Positions 21,064 through 31,993 are shown, counted from the stretch's first letter. The stretch: DNA of 64,000 nt from an uncultured Blastocatellia bacterium (GCA_937934295.1 CALHAI010000018.1:966-64965); one strand, 5' to 3'. Made by a program: numbers and translations. Notes: generated by a model from the sequence alone, not told the origin.

Positions 21064-22431
21064 TCAGACTCCTGTCAGCTCGAACGATTCCAGCGTCCGT
21101 TTGATGTGCGCCATGAACTGGTCGGCGACGGCACCATCAATGAGCCGATGATCGAAGGAGAGGGAGAAATACGCCATCGCCCGAATCGCGATCGCATCGT
21201 CCTCGACGACGACCGGGCGCTTGGTGATACGCCCGACGCCCAAGATCGCGACTTGGGGTTGATGAATCACCGGCGTCCCGAAGAGCGAGCCGAAGACGCC
21301 CGGATTGGTGATCGTGAACGTCCCACCTTGGACCTCTTCTGGTTTGAGCTGTTTGTTCCGAGCGCGCGTGGCCAGATCGTGAATGGCTTTGGCCAATCCG
21401 ACGAGGCTGAGCGCGTCCGCGTTCTTGATGACCGGGACGATGAGGCCCCACTCCAAGGCGACGGCGATGCCGATGTTGATGTCCTTCTTGTAGATGATCT
21501 TGTCTTCGGCGACCGACGCGTTGAGGAGGGGGAAGGCTTTCAAGGCGCTCACGCAGGCCTGGATGATGAAGGGCAGGTAGGTGAGCTTGACGCCGTGTCG
21601 CTGCTCGAAGTCCGGTTGTAGCTGTTCCCGCAGTCGGCTGACGCGCGTCATGTCGATCTCGAAGAACGTCGTCACATGGGGAGCGACGCGCTTGCTGTAG
21701 ACCATGTGCTCGGCGATCTTCTTCCGCATGCCGCTCATCGGGACGATCTCGACGCGCTCTCCGGGGAGATAGGGGGGATGGCGCGGCGCCTCCAGCTCTT
21801 GGGCTTCGGGTGGGGGGGGTTCAACGGGCTGCGGACGCGCTTCAGAGGGACGAGCGGCGCGTTCCTCCAGGTACCGGAGGACGTCGCGCTTGGTGACCCG
21901 TCCGCTGCGCCCCGTCCCCTCAATCTGCGTGAGATCAATGCCATACTCTTGCGCCAACTTCTCCACGACCGGCGATGACCGTACGGCCTTTCGCTCGGCC
22001 GGGATGGTGATGCGGATCTCACGCTTCTGCTTCTCCCAGGGATGAGGGGGGATGATGAGCTCGCGCATGGGCGACGCTTCCGTGGGCGGGGCGACGCGGG
22101 TCGGTTCGGGCGTCGGCTCTCTCGGCGGCATGGCTTCCGTCGCCGGCGCCGCGCGCTCGCTCACCTCGCGCGGTGGCGCCTCAACGGCCTCCTTGTCCGT
22201 CTCGATATAGGCGACGACGGTTTGAATGGGGACCGTCTCCCCCTCGTGGACAAGAACCTCGGCCAGGACACCTTCGGCTGGCGAGGGGATCTCCGCATCC
22301 ACCTTATCCGTGGAGATCTCAAAGAGCGGTTCATCGCGGCGAACATGGTCACCCGGCTTCTTCAGCCACTTGGTGACGGTCCCTTCGGCGATGCTCTCAC
22401 CCATTTGGGGCATGATGACCTCGACCTTCAT
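21064..22431 (-). CDS. 2-oxoacid dehydrogenase E2, dihydrolipoamide acyltransferase
   Basis: Lipoyl domain TDKVDAE, E3-binding domain GTGRSGRV, catalytic DHRLIDG. Confidence 0.93.
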   Translation of the reverse strand: MKVEVIMPQMGESIAEGTVTKWLKKPGDHVRRDEPLFEISTDKVDAEIPSPAEGVLAEVLVHEGETVPIQTVVAYIETDKEAVEAPPREVSERAAPATEAMPPREPTPEPTRVAPPTEASPMRELIIPPHPWEKQKREIRITIPAERKAVRSSPVVEKLAQEYGIDLTQIEGTGRSGRVTKRDVLRYLEERAARPSEARPQPVEPPPPEAQELEAPRHPPYLPGERVEIVPMSGMRKKIAEHMVYSKRVAPHVTTFFEIDMTRVSRLREQLQPDFEQRHGVKLTYLPFIIQACVSALKAFPLLNASVAEDKIIYKKDINIGIAVALEWGLIVPVIKNADALSLVGLAKAIHDLATRARNKQLKPEEVQGGTFTITNPGVFGSLFGTPVIHQPQVAILGVGRITKRPVVVEDDAIAIRAMAYFSLSFDHRLIDGAVADQFMAHIKRTLESFELTGV

Positions 22432-22482
22432 GCAACACCTCCTTGGGAGGGCGCGAGTGCGCTCCTCGGCCCTTCTCCCTCT

Positions 22483-23457
22483 TCAATAGTTGGCGACCCA
22501 TCGGACGGCCTGGACGATCTCCTCCACCTGGGGGAGGAAGAACTCCTCCAGCGGAGGGCTGAACGGGATCGGCGTGTCCGGAGCCGTGACGCGAACGACG
22601 GGCGCCTCGAGATATTCAAAGATGCGCTCGTTGAGGCGCATAGCGATCTCTCCGGCGATCCCCCCCGTGCGCGTGTCCTCGTGAACGATGACGGCGCGTC
22701 CCGTTTTCGCCACTGAGCTGAGGATGGTCTCGTCATCTAAGGGGAGGAGCGTGCGCAGATCAACGACCTCGACCTCGATGTCCTCCTGCGCGACGATCTC
22801 GGCCGCTTCGAGCGACTTATGCACCATCCATCCGTAGGTCAAGATGGTGACATCCCGACCCGGACGCTTAATGTCCGCTTTCCCAATGGGGACGATGTAG
22901 TCGTCCTCGGGCACTTCCCCTCGAATGCGGCGATAGAGATATTTGTGCTCGAAGTAGAGCACGGGATCCTCGTCCCGAATGGCCGCCTTGATGAGCCCCT
23001 TGGCGTCGTACGGCGTGGCGGGCTCCACGATCTTCAACCCCGGCGTGTGGAAGAAGTACGCCTCGACGTTCTGCGAGTGAAAGGGCCCCCCATGCACGCC
23101 GCCACCGCAGGGGCCGCGCACGACGATGGGAACGCCCGCGCCCCAGCGATATCGGCACTTCGCGGCGAAGTTCGTCAGTTGATCGAAGGCGATCGAGATG
23201 AAGTCGATGAATTGCATCTCAGCGACCGGACGCAAGCCCACCAGCGCCGCTCCGATGGCCGCGCCCACGATGGCCGCCTCCGAGATCGGCGTGTCAATGA
23301 CGCGCTCTTCACCGAAACGTTCGAGGAACCCTTCGGTGACCTTGAACGCGCCTCCGTAGACGCCGATGTCTTCGCCCAGCAAGAAGACGCGTTCATCGCG
23401 CTCCATCTCCTCCCAGAGCCCTTGGCGAATAGCTTCCAGATAAGTCAACACGGGCAT
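22483..23457 (-). CDS. 2-oxoacid dehydrogenase E1 beta subunit
   Basis: GEDIG.YGG.F, DTPISE, GGPFHSQ, DLRTL.PLD. Confidence 0.93.
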   Translation of the reverse strand: MPVLTYLEAIRQGLWEEMERDERVFLLGEDIGVYGGAFKVTEGFLERFGEERVIDTPISEAAIVGAAIGAALVGLRPVAEMQFIDFISIAFDQLTNFAAKCRYRWGAGVPIVVRGPCGGGVHGGPFHSQNVEAYFFHTPGLKIVEPATPYDAKGLIKAAIRDEDPVLYFEHKYLYRRIRGEVPEDDYIVPIGKADIKRPGRDVTILTYGWMVHKSLEAAEIVAQEDIEVEVVDLRTLLPLDDETILSSVAKTGRAVIVHEDTRTGGIAGEIAMRLNERIFEYLEAPVVRVTAPDTPIPFSPPLEEFFLPQVEEIVQAVRWVANY

Positions 23458-23473
23458 AGGCGACGGTGCCTCC

Positions 23474-24499
23474 TCAGGATCGACTTTTCACCGCATGCTC
23501 GCTCGGTAGGGGAGCCTCTGAAACGGACGGCGTCTCGGCATAGACCCCCTCCAAGGCGATTCGTGGATCGGGCATCGGCGACTGCTCCGCATATTGCAGA
23601 TCGGCTTCGATCTCCTGCTCGATGCGATGGGTGATGGCTTCGAAATCCGTCTCATCGGCCATGCCGTGCTCTTTCAGATAGATCTCCAGGCGAAGGATCG
23701 GATCGCGCTTTTGCCAATATTCGAGCACCTCGCGAGGGACGTACCACGCGTCGTCGTGTTCGGCGTGACCACGCATGCGGAAGGTCTTGACCTCCAGCAG
23801 CGTCGGCCCCAATCCCTCGCGCGCGCGCTCGATGGCGCGACGCGTGGCGTGATAGACTGCGATGACGTCGTTGCCATCCACCGTCTCGCCGAAGATCCCG
23901 TAGCCGATGGCGCGATCGGCGATGTTCTCGATGGCCATCTGCCGGTGCTTGGGCGTCGAGTAGGCGTAGCCGTTGTCCTCAGCGATGACGATCAAGGGGA
24001 GCTTCAAGACGGCGGCGAAGTTCAGGCCTTCGTGGAAGACCCCCGTGCTGGTCCCCCCATCGCCGATGTAGGTGAGAGCGACCGAGCGCTTTCGCTGCAT
24101 CTTCGAGGCCAAGGCGATTCCGGCCATCACCGGGATGAGATCGCCGAGATGGCTGATCGGAGGGATGATGCCGCGCTCCACGCTCCCGAAGTGGACGATG
24201 CTATCCTTGCCGCGTGTCGGACTCGTCCCTTTCCCCATGTACTGGGTGAAAATCTCCCAGGGGCGGATGCCGCGTACAAAGAGCGCGCCGAGGTTTCGGA
24301 TCATCACCGCCAGGAAGTCTCCCTCTTCGAGAGCATAGGCACTGGCGACGGATTCGCCTTCTTGTCCAAGACTGCGATAGAGGCCCCCCACGATCTTCCC
24401 CTGCCGGTAGAGGCGTTGCAGCCGCTCCTCCACCATTCGGGTCAGTTTCATGTAGTAGTACATGTCCAGGAGTTGCTCACGGGTCAGCGGCTCTTCCAT
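23474..24499 (-). CDS. 2-oxoacid dehydrogenase E1 alpha subunit
   Basis: GQE, GDGGTS...N ThDP motif, RMRGHAEHD. Confidence 0.92.
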   Translation of the reverse strand: MEEPLTREQLLDMYYYMKLTRMVEERLQRLYRQGKIVGGLYRSLGQEGESVASAYALEEGDFLAVMIRNLGALFVRGIRPWEIFTQYMGKGTSPTRGKDSIVHFGSVERGIIPPISHLGDLIPVMAGIALASKMQRKRSVALTYIGDGGTSTGVFHEGLNFAAVLKLPLIVIAEDNGYAYSTPKHRQMAIENIADRAIGYGIFGETVDGNDVIAVYHATRRAIERAREGLGPTLLEVKTFRMRGHAEHDDAWYVPREVLEYWQKRDPILRLEIYLKEHGMADETDFEAITHRIEQEIEADLQYAEQSPMPDPRIALEGVYAETPSVSEAPLPSEHAVKSRS

Positions 24500-24748
24500 A
24501 TGCGGCGCTCTCCATCTGAGACGGGGACGGGTTGAGGGAGCGGGCCGAAAGACCGCGCTCCCTGCGCCCTTTTCCTCTTGCTCCGCTCACAAAGGCGTGA
24601 CCTCATGCCGCCCTCGCGAAGTCGCCTATTACTATAGCGAAGGCGGCGCAGCAGCGACAAGCTCCGGTCTCCAGAAACGGGCGCCCTCTTGAATTCCCGC
24701 ACGAGCCGGCTATACTTAAGGTGAAAAACCAACGCAGGAGGAACGGAC

Positions 24749-25237
24749 GTGCTCACGAAGCTCAAGGAACGGCTTGAGGCCGAATTGCGCACTTTGGAGA
24801 ATGAGTTGAAGTTCGAACTGCCCAAGGAGTTGCAGAAGGCTTTGGCGCATGGCGACCTGCGGGAGAACGCGGAATATCAAGCGGCCCTTCAGCGTCAGGA
24901 ATTCGTGCGCGCGCGCATCGCGCAGATTCGGAAGCAGCTCTCCGATCTCTCGATGCTCAATGTGAGTGCCCTTCCTCGGGATCGGGTGGCCTACGGTTCG
25001 ACGGTCACGCTCTTGGATTTGGATACGGGCGAGGAGGTGACCTATCGGCTGGCGCTCGGTGATGAGGTGGATCCCGAGCAGGGGGTCATCTCCGTCTCTT
25101 CCCCCATCGGCTCAAGCCTCTTGGGAAAACGGGAGGGCGATGAAGTGATCGTTCACACGCCAGCGCGCCAACGGCGGTTCGAGATCATCAAGCTCATCAC
25201 CTTGCCTCAGGAGCTGGAGGGGGGAGAGGCACCCTGA
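24749..25237 (+). CDS. greA: transcription elongation factor GreA
   Basis: HGDLRENAEY, IS.SSPIG..LLGK; AGGAGG SD and GTG start. Confidence 0.93.
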   Translation: MLTKLKERLEAELRTLENELKFELPKELQKALAHGDLRENAEYQAALQRQEFVRARIAQIRKQLSDLSMLNVSALPRDRVAYGSTVTLLDLDTGEEVTYRLALGDEVDPEQGVISVSSPIGSSLLGKREGDEVIVHTPARQRRFEIIKLITLPQELEGGEAP

Positions 25238-25271
25238 GGCATGGCCGTGCGCGCGACTGCCGAAAGGCCCT

Positions 25272-27239
<1,968 letters not shown>

Positions 27240-27394
27240 CTAGGGCGTAGCGTCGTCCTGCGCCCTTGGCTCGAAGCTCTTGCTTCTCTTTGAGTTGCCT
27301 ATGGCCTGAACGCTCGTCGCTTTGGCCCGGAATTTGCTTTCAAGAATCATGTCAAGAGGTCTTTTTGCCCAAGATATGGTGTGGGAGGAGAGCT

Positions 27395-29020
27395 ATGGGA
27401 GGAAGAATCGTGCCAGAGAGAAGCGGGCTGACCTCTTGCGGGGCGCTTGTGGCTCCGCTGCCAAAGGGGTTGCCGAAGCTCGTCGAGTCCATCTGTCCGG
27501 AATGTTGTCGCGTCATCCCCGCGCGCATCTTCGAGCACGAGGGACGGGTGATGATGGAGAAGCGGTGTTCAGAGCATGGTGAATTTCGAGACCTCGTCTG
27601 GTCCGATGTTCGACTCTACTTGAAAGCCGAGCAATGGGCCTTTGAAGAGAGGCGCGGGGTCTCCAACCCGGCTGTGCCGGATGCCGTGCTCTGTCCGCAG
27701 GATTGTGGCCTCTGTCAGATGCATTTGAGCCACACGGGCTTGGCGAACATTGACCTGACGAATCGTTGCAATTTGACCTGTCCCGTCTGCTTCGCCAATG
27801 CGAACGTGGCGGGCTATGTCTACGAGCCTTCGCTCGAACAGGTCTATCGGATGCTGCGGCAATTGCGGGAGATGCGCCCGGTCGCGGCTCGCGTCATTCA
27901 ATTCTCGGGCGGGGAGCCAACGATCTATCCCCATTTCATCGAAGCGGTGCGGATGGCACGGGACCTGGGGTTCTCGCACATTCAGGTCGCCACAAACGGC
28001 CTCCGATTCGCCACTGAGCCCGGCTTCGCCGAGAGATGCGCCGAGGCCGGATTACATACGCTCTATCTTCAGTTCGATGGCTTGAGTGATGAGACCTATC
28101 GCAAGACGCGCGGGCAACCGCTCTGGGAGCTGAAGCAACGGGCTGTCGAAGCGGCCCGTCGGGCGGGACTGAAGATCGTCTTCGTCCCGACGGTCGCGCG
28201 TGGGGTGAACGATCACGAAGTCGGTCGCATCCTGCAGTTCGCCATCGAGAACATTGACGTCACGTCGGGCATCACGTATCAGCCGGTGACGTTCACCGGG
28301 CGCATCACCCAGAAGAAGCGGGAGCAAATGCGATATACACTCACCGACTTGGTGAAGGATCTGGCCGAACAGACCGGGATCGTGGACACGTATCACGATT
28401 GGTATCCCACGCCTTGTACCGTCTCATTCTCGGAGTTCTTGAGCGCCTTGCAGGGGGAAGAGACGATCGCCCTCACCTGCCATCCGCATTGTTCACTGGC
28501 GACTTATCTCTTTGTGGACGCGCGGACGAAGACGGCGATCCCCGTCACACGCTTTGTGGACGTGGAGGGGATGTTGCGAGCGTTTCGCGAGTGGGCGCCG
28601 CGGATCCGTCGGCTTCCTTCCAAGAAGCTCTCGGCACTGATGGCGTATATCGTCCTGCGGCGGTTCTTCCGACAGGAGGCGGCGCCACCGGGATTGACCT
28701 ACGTGAAGTTCCTCCGAACGCTCGAGGGGCTCGTGGACAAGCGCATCGGACGCGGGGAGAACGAGGAGCGGCTCACCTATCGAACGCTCATGGTCGCCGG
28801 GATGCATTTCATGGATGCCTACAACTACCAGCTCGATCGCGTCATGCGCTGCGTCATCCACTATTCGGCTCCCGATGGGCGAATCTATCCCTTCTGCACG
28901 TACAACTCGGGGATCACATTCCGCGAGAGGATCGAGCAGAGCTTCTCGATCCCCTTGGAGGCGTATCTCACGGCTTCCGGGAAGGAGCCCGTGGCGGCGA
29001 GGACCGTCTTGAAGGTGTGA
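27395..29020 (+). CDS. radical SAM protein of the Tes/GDGT-MAS (MJ0619-like) family
   Basis: CPEC...CSEHG, CPQDCGLCQMH, CNLTCPVC, CHPHC, MHFMDAYN...RCVIHY...PFC; GGAGGAG SD. Confidence 0.85.
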   Translation: MGGRIVPERSGLTSCGALVAPLPKGLPKLVESICPECCRVIPARIFEHEGRVMMEKRCSEHGEFRDLVWSDVRLYLKAEQWAFEERRGVSNPAVPDAVLCPQDCGLCQMHLSHTGLANIDLTNRCNLTCPVCFANANVAGYVYEPSLEQVYRMLRQLREMRPVAARVIQFSGGEPTIYPHFIEAVRMARDLGFSHIQVATNGLRFATEPGFAERCAEAGLHTLYLQFDGLSDETYRKTRGQPLWELKQRAVEAARRAGLKIVFVPTVARGVNDHEVGRILQFAIENIDVTSGITYQPVTFTGRITQKKREQMRYTLTDLVKDLAEQTGIVDTYHDWYPTPCTVSFSEFLSALQGEETIALTCHPHCSLATYLFVDARTKTAIPVTRFVDVEGMLRAFREWAPRIRRLPSKKLSALMAYIVLRRFFRQEAAPPGLTYVKFLRTLEGLVDKRIGRGENEERLTYRTLMVAGMHFMDAYNYQLDRVMRCVIHYSAPDGRIYPFCTYNSGITFRERIEQSFSIPLEAYLTASGKEPVAARTVLKV

Positions 29021-29081
29021 CGCTTGCTTCCGACCTTCGCGCTGGGGCAGAATATAACTCTATCTTCTGGAGGAAGGGAGT

Positions 29082-29564
29082 ATGGAGCTGAAGGTCGTTC
29101 CCTTGGAGATCCCGTCCGGATGTAACATCATCGTCGGGCATGCGCATTTCATCAAGACGGTTGAAGACCTCTATGAAGTGATGGCGACCAGCTCGCCACA
29201 TGTCAAGTTCGGGCTGGCGTTCTGTGAGGCCTCTGGACCCTGTCTGATTCGGTTTGAAGGGAATGACGCGGAGCTGACGGAAGTGGCGGTCCGGAACGCG
29301 CGCCAGTTGAGTGCCGGGCACGCATTCGTGATCCTCTTGCGGGAGGGATATCCGATCAACGTTCTCAATGCGATCAAAGCGTGTCAGGAGGTGTGTACGA
29401 TCCACTGCGCGACGGCCAATCCTGTTCAGGTCATTCTCGTGGAGACCGAACAAGGACGAGGGATTCTCGGTGTCGTAGATGGATTCGCATCCAAGGGGGT
29501 TGAGGGGGAGGAAGAGAAGGCGAAGCGGAAGGAACTGCTGCGAGCGATCAGGTATAAGCTCTAG
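29082..29564 (+). CDS. adenosine-specific kinase family protein (DUF355-like)
   Basis: G.AHFIKTVEDLYE, FG.AFCEASG, CATANP, GRGILGVVDG. Confidence 0.85.
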   Translation: MELKVVPLEIPSGCNIIVGHAHFIKTVEDLYEVMATSSPHVKFGLAFCEASGPCLIRFEGNDAELTEVAVRNARQLSAGHAFVILLREGYPINVLNAIKACQEVCTIHCATANPVQVILVETEQGRGILGVVDGFASKGVEGEEEKAKRKELLRAIRYKL

Positions 29565-29733
29565 CAAACTCTGTCCCCTCACTGGAGAAAGGGGGACTTA
29601 CACGCGTAAGTCATGGGAGATCTCGCTTAACAGAGCCGTTCGGATGGGAGAAATGCAGTTCCCATTAGGGAAAACGACGGCCCACGAATCTCGATTTTTC
29701 AAGCTTCTTGTGTCGCCTCAGATAGGCCTCGAT

Positions 29734-30270
29734 CTACGGGGCCAGACGCTGTTTCCGCTCCAGCCATGTCCTGGGCGGGTCCTGCAAGACGGCATAGGTC
29801 AAGAAGACGATGGCCACCCAGTTGACAATCCCCAGGGGCGTTCGGGGATGGAAGGCCTCCAGCCCCAGCTCCTTCTTGGCCACCCGGTGGAAGACTTCGA
29901 CCGTCCACCTCAGATTGTAGCGGGCCTCGACCCGGGTCGAGGGCATCCAGGTCGTCGAAAACAAGTAGAAGCGTCGCCATTCGACTCGACCTCCGCAGAG
30001 GCGATACTCCCACCATGTGGGCACGACCCCTATCCGCCGGCGCCAGGCTCGGAGTTCGACCCACTGGGGCCGCTCCAGACAACCGATGGGACGACCGTCC
30101 GCCAGTTCCGGTGCGAGACCCCCACGACATGCCAGCCCCCCTCCCGACAGGCAGCGACACCAGCCCCCCAGGTCAGACCTCCTCCAGAAGGAATACAGCT
30201 TCACCCTCCACCCCCTCAGCCATCCCGGACTCCCCAGCCTCTGCTCCCGAATAGGCTGCTCTGTGGTGAT
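29734..30270 (-). pseudogene. DDE transposase fragment (IS701/IS4-like C-terminus)
   Basis: ARYNLRWTVEVFHRVAKKELGLEAFHPR fits the Y-x2-R-x3-E-x6-K signature; N-terminus missing or garbled. Confidence 0.7.
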
Positions 30271-30289
30271 TAAGTGAGGAGGAGGAAAA

Positions 30290-31006
30290 ATGGATGCATT
30301 ATACTGTGGCGCAGGGATGATGGTTGTAGCCTCTGGCCACAGTGGTCGGTTGGAAAGCCCGCAGCAAGATACCTTGGGTGTTTTCCCTCTGGGGTGCCCT
30401 TGCATGGATAGTGGGCATAACACTAAAAGCAGTAGCTGCACTCCCAACTAGGCCTATAATCCACGGCGTTCGAGAGTTCTGCCCAGATAAATGACAGGAA
30501 TCTTTGAATGCGGAGTTACCCTTGGATTTGCGTCGATTCGGAAAATACGCGCGGCTCGCTGGAAAGAGGCGGTGGGGTTCGGTTTAGGCTTTGGCGCCAT
30601 AGAAGCTTTTTGGGTCGGGCTAATCGCTTTTGTCCTGGTCCTGTTGATCCTCTTAGTTCCAGACAAGCTTCCACCGGAGCTGTCTCAGTCGGTCATCCCA
30701 AGGGAGCAGTCATTCTTAGTAATCCCGGCGCCAATCATCGAGAGAATTACAACTATTTTCATACACGCATTCTCATGTTTGCTTATCGTCTATGCAGTGC
30801 AGTTCAGGGCGTAGAGGTGGTTCTGGGTTTCGTTTTTCTATAAGACTGCGGTAGACGCAGTAGCTGGTTTCTTTCAGATCACATACGGTGTTGAGAATCT
30901 CACGACACTTGAGATATGGGTCATGGAGCTCATTTTCCTTCCTTTTGGCATGATTGGTATTTGGGGGTTATGGGTGTTTCAACGCAAATGGCAAAACGCG
31001 GCTTGA
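30290..31006 (+). pseudogene. YhfC-family intramembrane protease, disrupted
   Basis: Strong SD and ATG; frameshifted pieces (LWGALAWIVGITLKA; TGIFE; GLGFGAIE; IER..TIFIH); in-frame TAG at 30812 followed by an open continuation to TGA at 31004; AT-richer than flanks. Confidence 0.7.
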
Positions 31007-31159
31007 CCCCTCGTTCCGGCCGACCGTTCTCTCGGCGGCTCCGTCGGTGCAGTCGCAGCGGTTGAGATCGGTGATGCAAGCAGGGTGTGAAAATGGTAGA
31101 GCGTCTCGGGTTCTAAGTGCCCGGCCTCAGAGACATGGCGCAGGAACGGGCTATCGGGT
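31001..31159 (+). repeat. degenerate attC-like imperfect inverted repeat
   Basis: GCTTGAC-CCCTC-GTTCCGGC overlapping the yhfC stop; partly complementary GCAGGAAC-GGGCT-ATCGGGT about 150 bp later. Confidence 0.35.
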
Positions 31160-31164
31160 TCCCA

Positions 31165-31605
31165 CTAAGAGGCTTGCACCACGGGCTCGACGACGAGTTT
31201 GTTGCCCTCGACGCCGGTGACCCGCACCATCGTGCCCGGGGCGATCTCGACGGTCGATGCCGCCACGGCCCGCCAGGTCTCTCCCTCGACTTTCACGAGA
31301 CCCCCCAGGGGACCCCGGACCGTTTCAAGGACCCAGCCCGTCTGACCGATGAGGCCCATGACTCCAAATTCCCGACTCTGGAGCTCCTGCCGGTGCAGGA
31401 GCCGACGGGAAACGGCCAGAGCGGCGACGGCGACGCCCAGGGCACTCCCGACTTGAAGCCACAGGGGACCCCCCAGGAAGGCGACGACCCCGCCCCCCAA
31501 GCACCCCACGCCCAGGCAGAGCAGGACGAAATTCGTCGGGAGGGCCAACTCAAGAAGGATACAAATCACGCCGACGACCATCCAGATGACAGTGAAGCTG
31601 ACCAT
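31165..31605 (-). CDS. NfeD-family membrane protein (short form)
   Basis: Three TM helices, LIGQTG.V, G.VKVEGETWRA, V.VTGVEGNKLVV OB-fold. Confidence 0.85.
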   Translation of the reverse strand: MVSFTVIWMVVGVICILLELALPTNFVLLCLGVGCLGGGVVAFLGGPLWLQVGSALGVAVAALAVSRRLLHRQELQSREFGVMGLIGQTGWVLETVRGPLGGLVKVEGETWRAVAASTVEIAPGTMVRVTGVEGNKLVVEPVVQAS

Positions 31606-31649
31606 GCCAGACACCCAACGCCGGATAGGATATGTATCGAAGATCAAGG

Positions 31650-31718
31650 GCGAACAGCGAATGGCGAATAGGGCCCTATTCCCTGTTCGCTGTGCGCCAC
31701 TCGCTATTCGCCGTTCGC
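31650..31718. repeat. inverted heptamer-repeat array
   Basis: GCGAACA GCGAATG GCGAATA followed by six complementary-type units CTATTCC CTGTTCG CTGTGCG CCACTCG CTATTCG CCGTTCG. Confidence 0.75.
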
Positions 31719-31782
31719 TTTTCTCGAAGGGTCGGCAAAGCCGAGGGCATCCTGATTCTCAGGAGCTGAACGGCTCTGTTAG

Positions 31783-31993
31783 CATAGCCGTTCGGTTCGT
31801 GAGAATGCATCGGGACGGTCTTTCCCACCGCCCGAAAGGCACGGTTTTTCAAAGATACGGGATACGAGATGCGGGGTCCTCAGCCACCTGCCCATCTGCC
31901 GACTGCCGATCTGCGGGATGCTTGAAAAATCGTGCTCCCGGAAGGGTCTTTTTTCCGCTTCCCATCGCACTTTTCACTTCCCGAACAGCTCTG
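31783..31993. mobile_element. 211-bp MITE-like element
   Basis: Ends CATAGCCGTTCGG / CCGAACAGCTCTG, subterminal CGGTTTTTCAA / TTGAAAAATCG; flanked by TTAG and TTAA. Confidence 0.6.

Larger units (their letters stand above)
29631..31778. mobile_element. non-autonomous cargo element bounded by CAGAGCCGTTC / GAACGGCTCTG
   Basis: Perfect 11-bp terminal IRs; flanked by TTAA (29627-29630) and TTAG (31779-31782). Confidence 0.55.

Noticed and set aside
31765-31785. GCTGAAC-GGCTCT-GTTAGCA read as an attC right half
   Set aside because: Better explained as the junction of two element ends around TTAG, since the same end motif recurs at 29631 and 31981.
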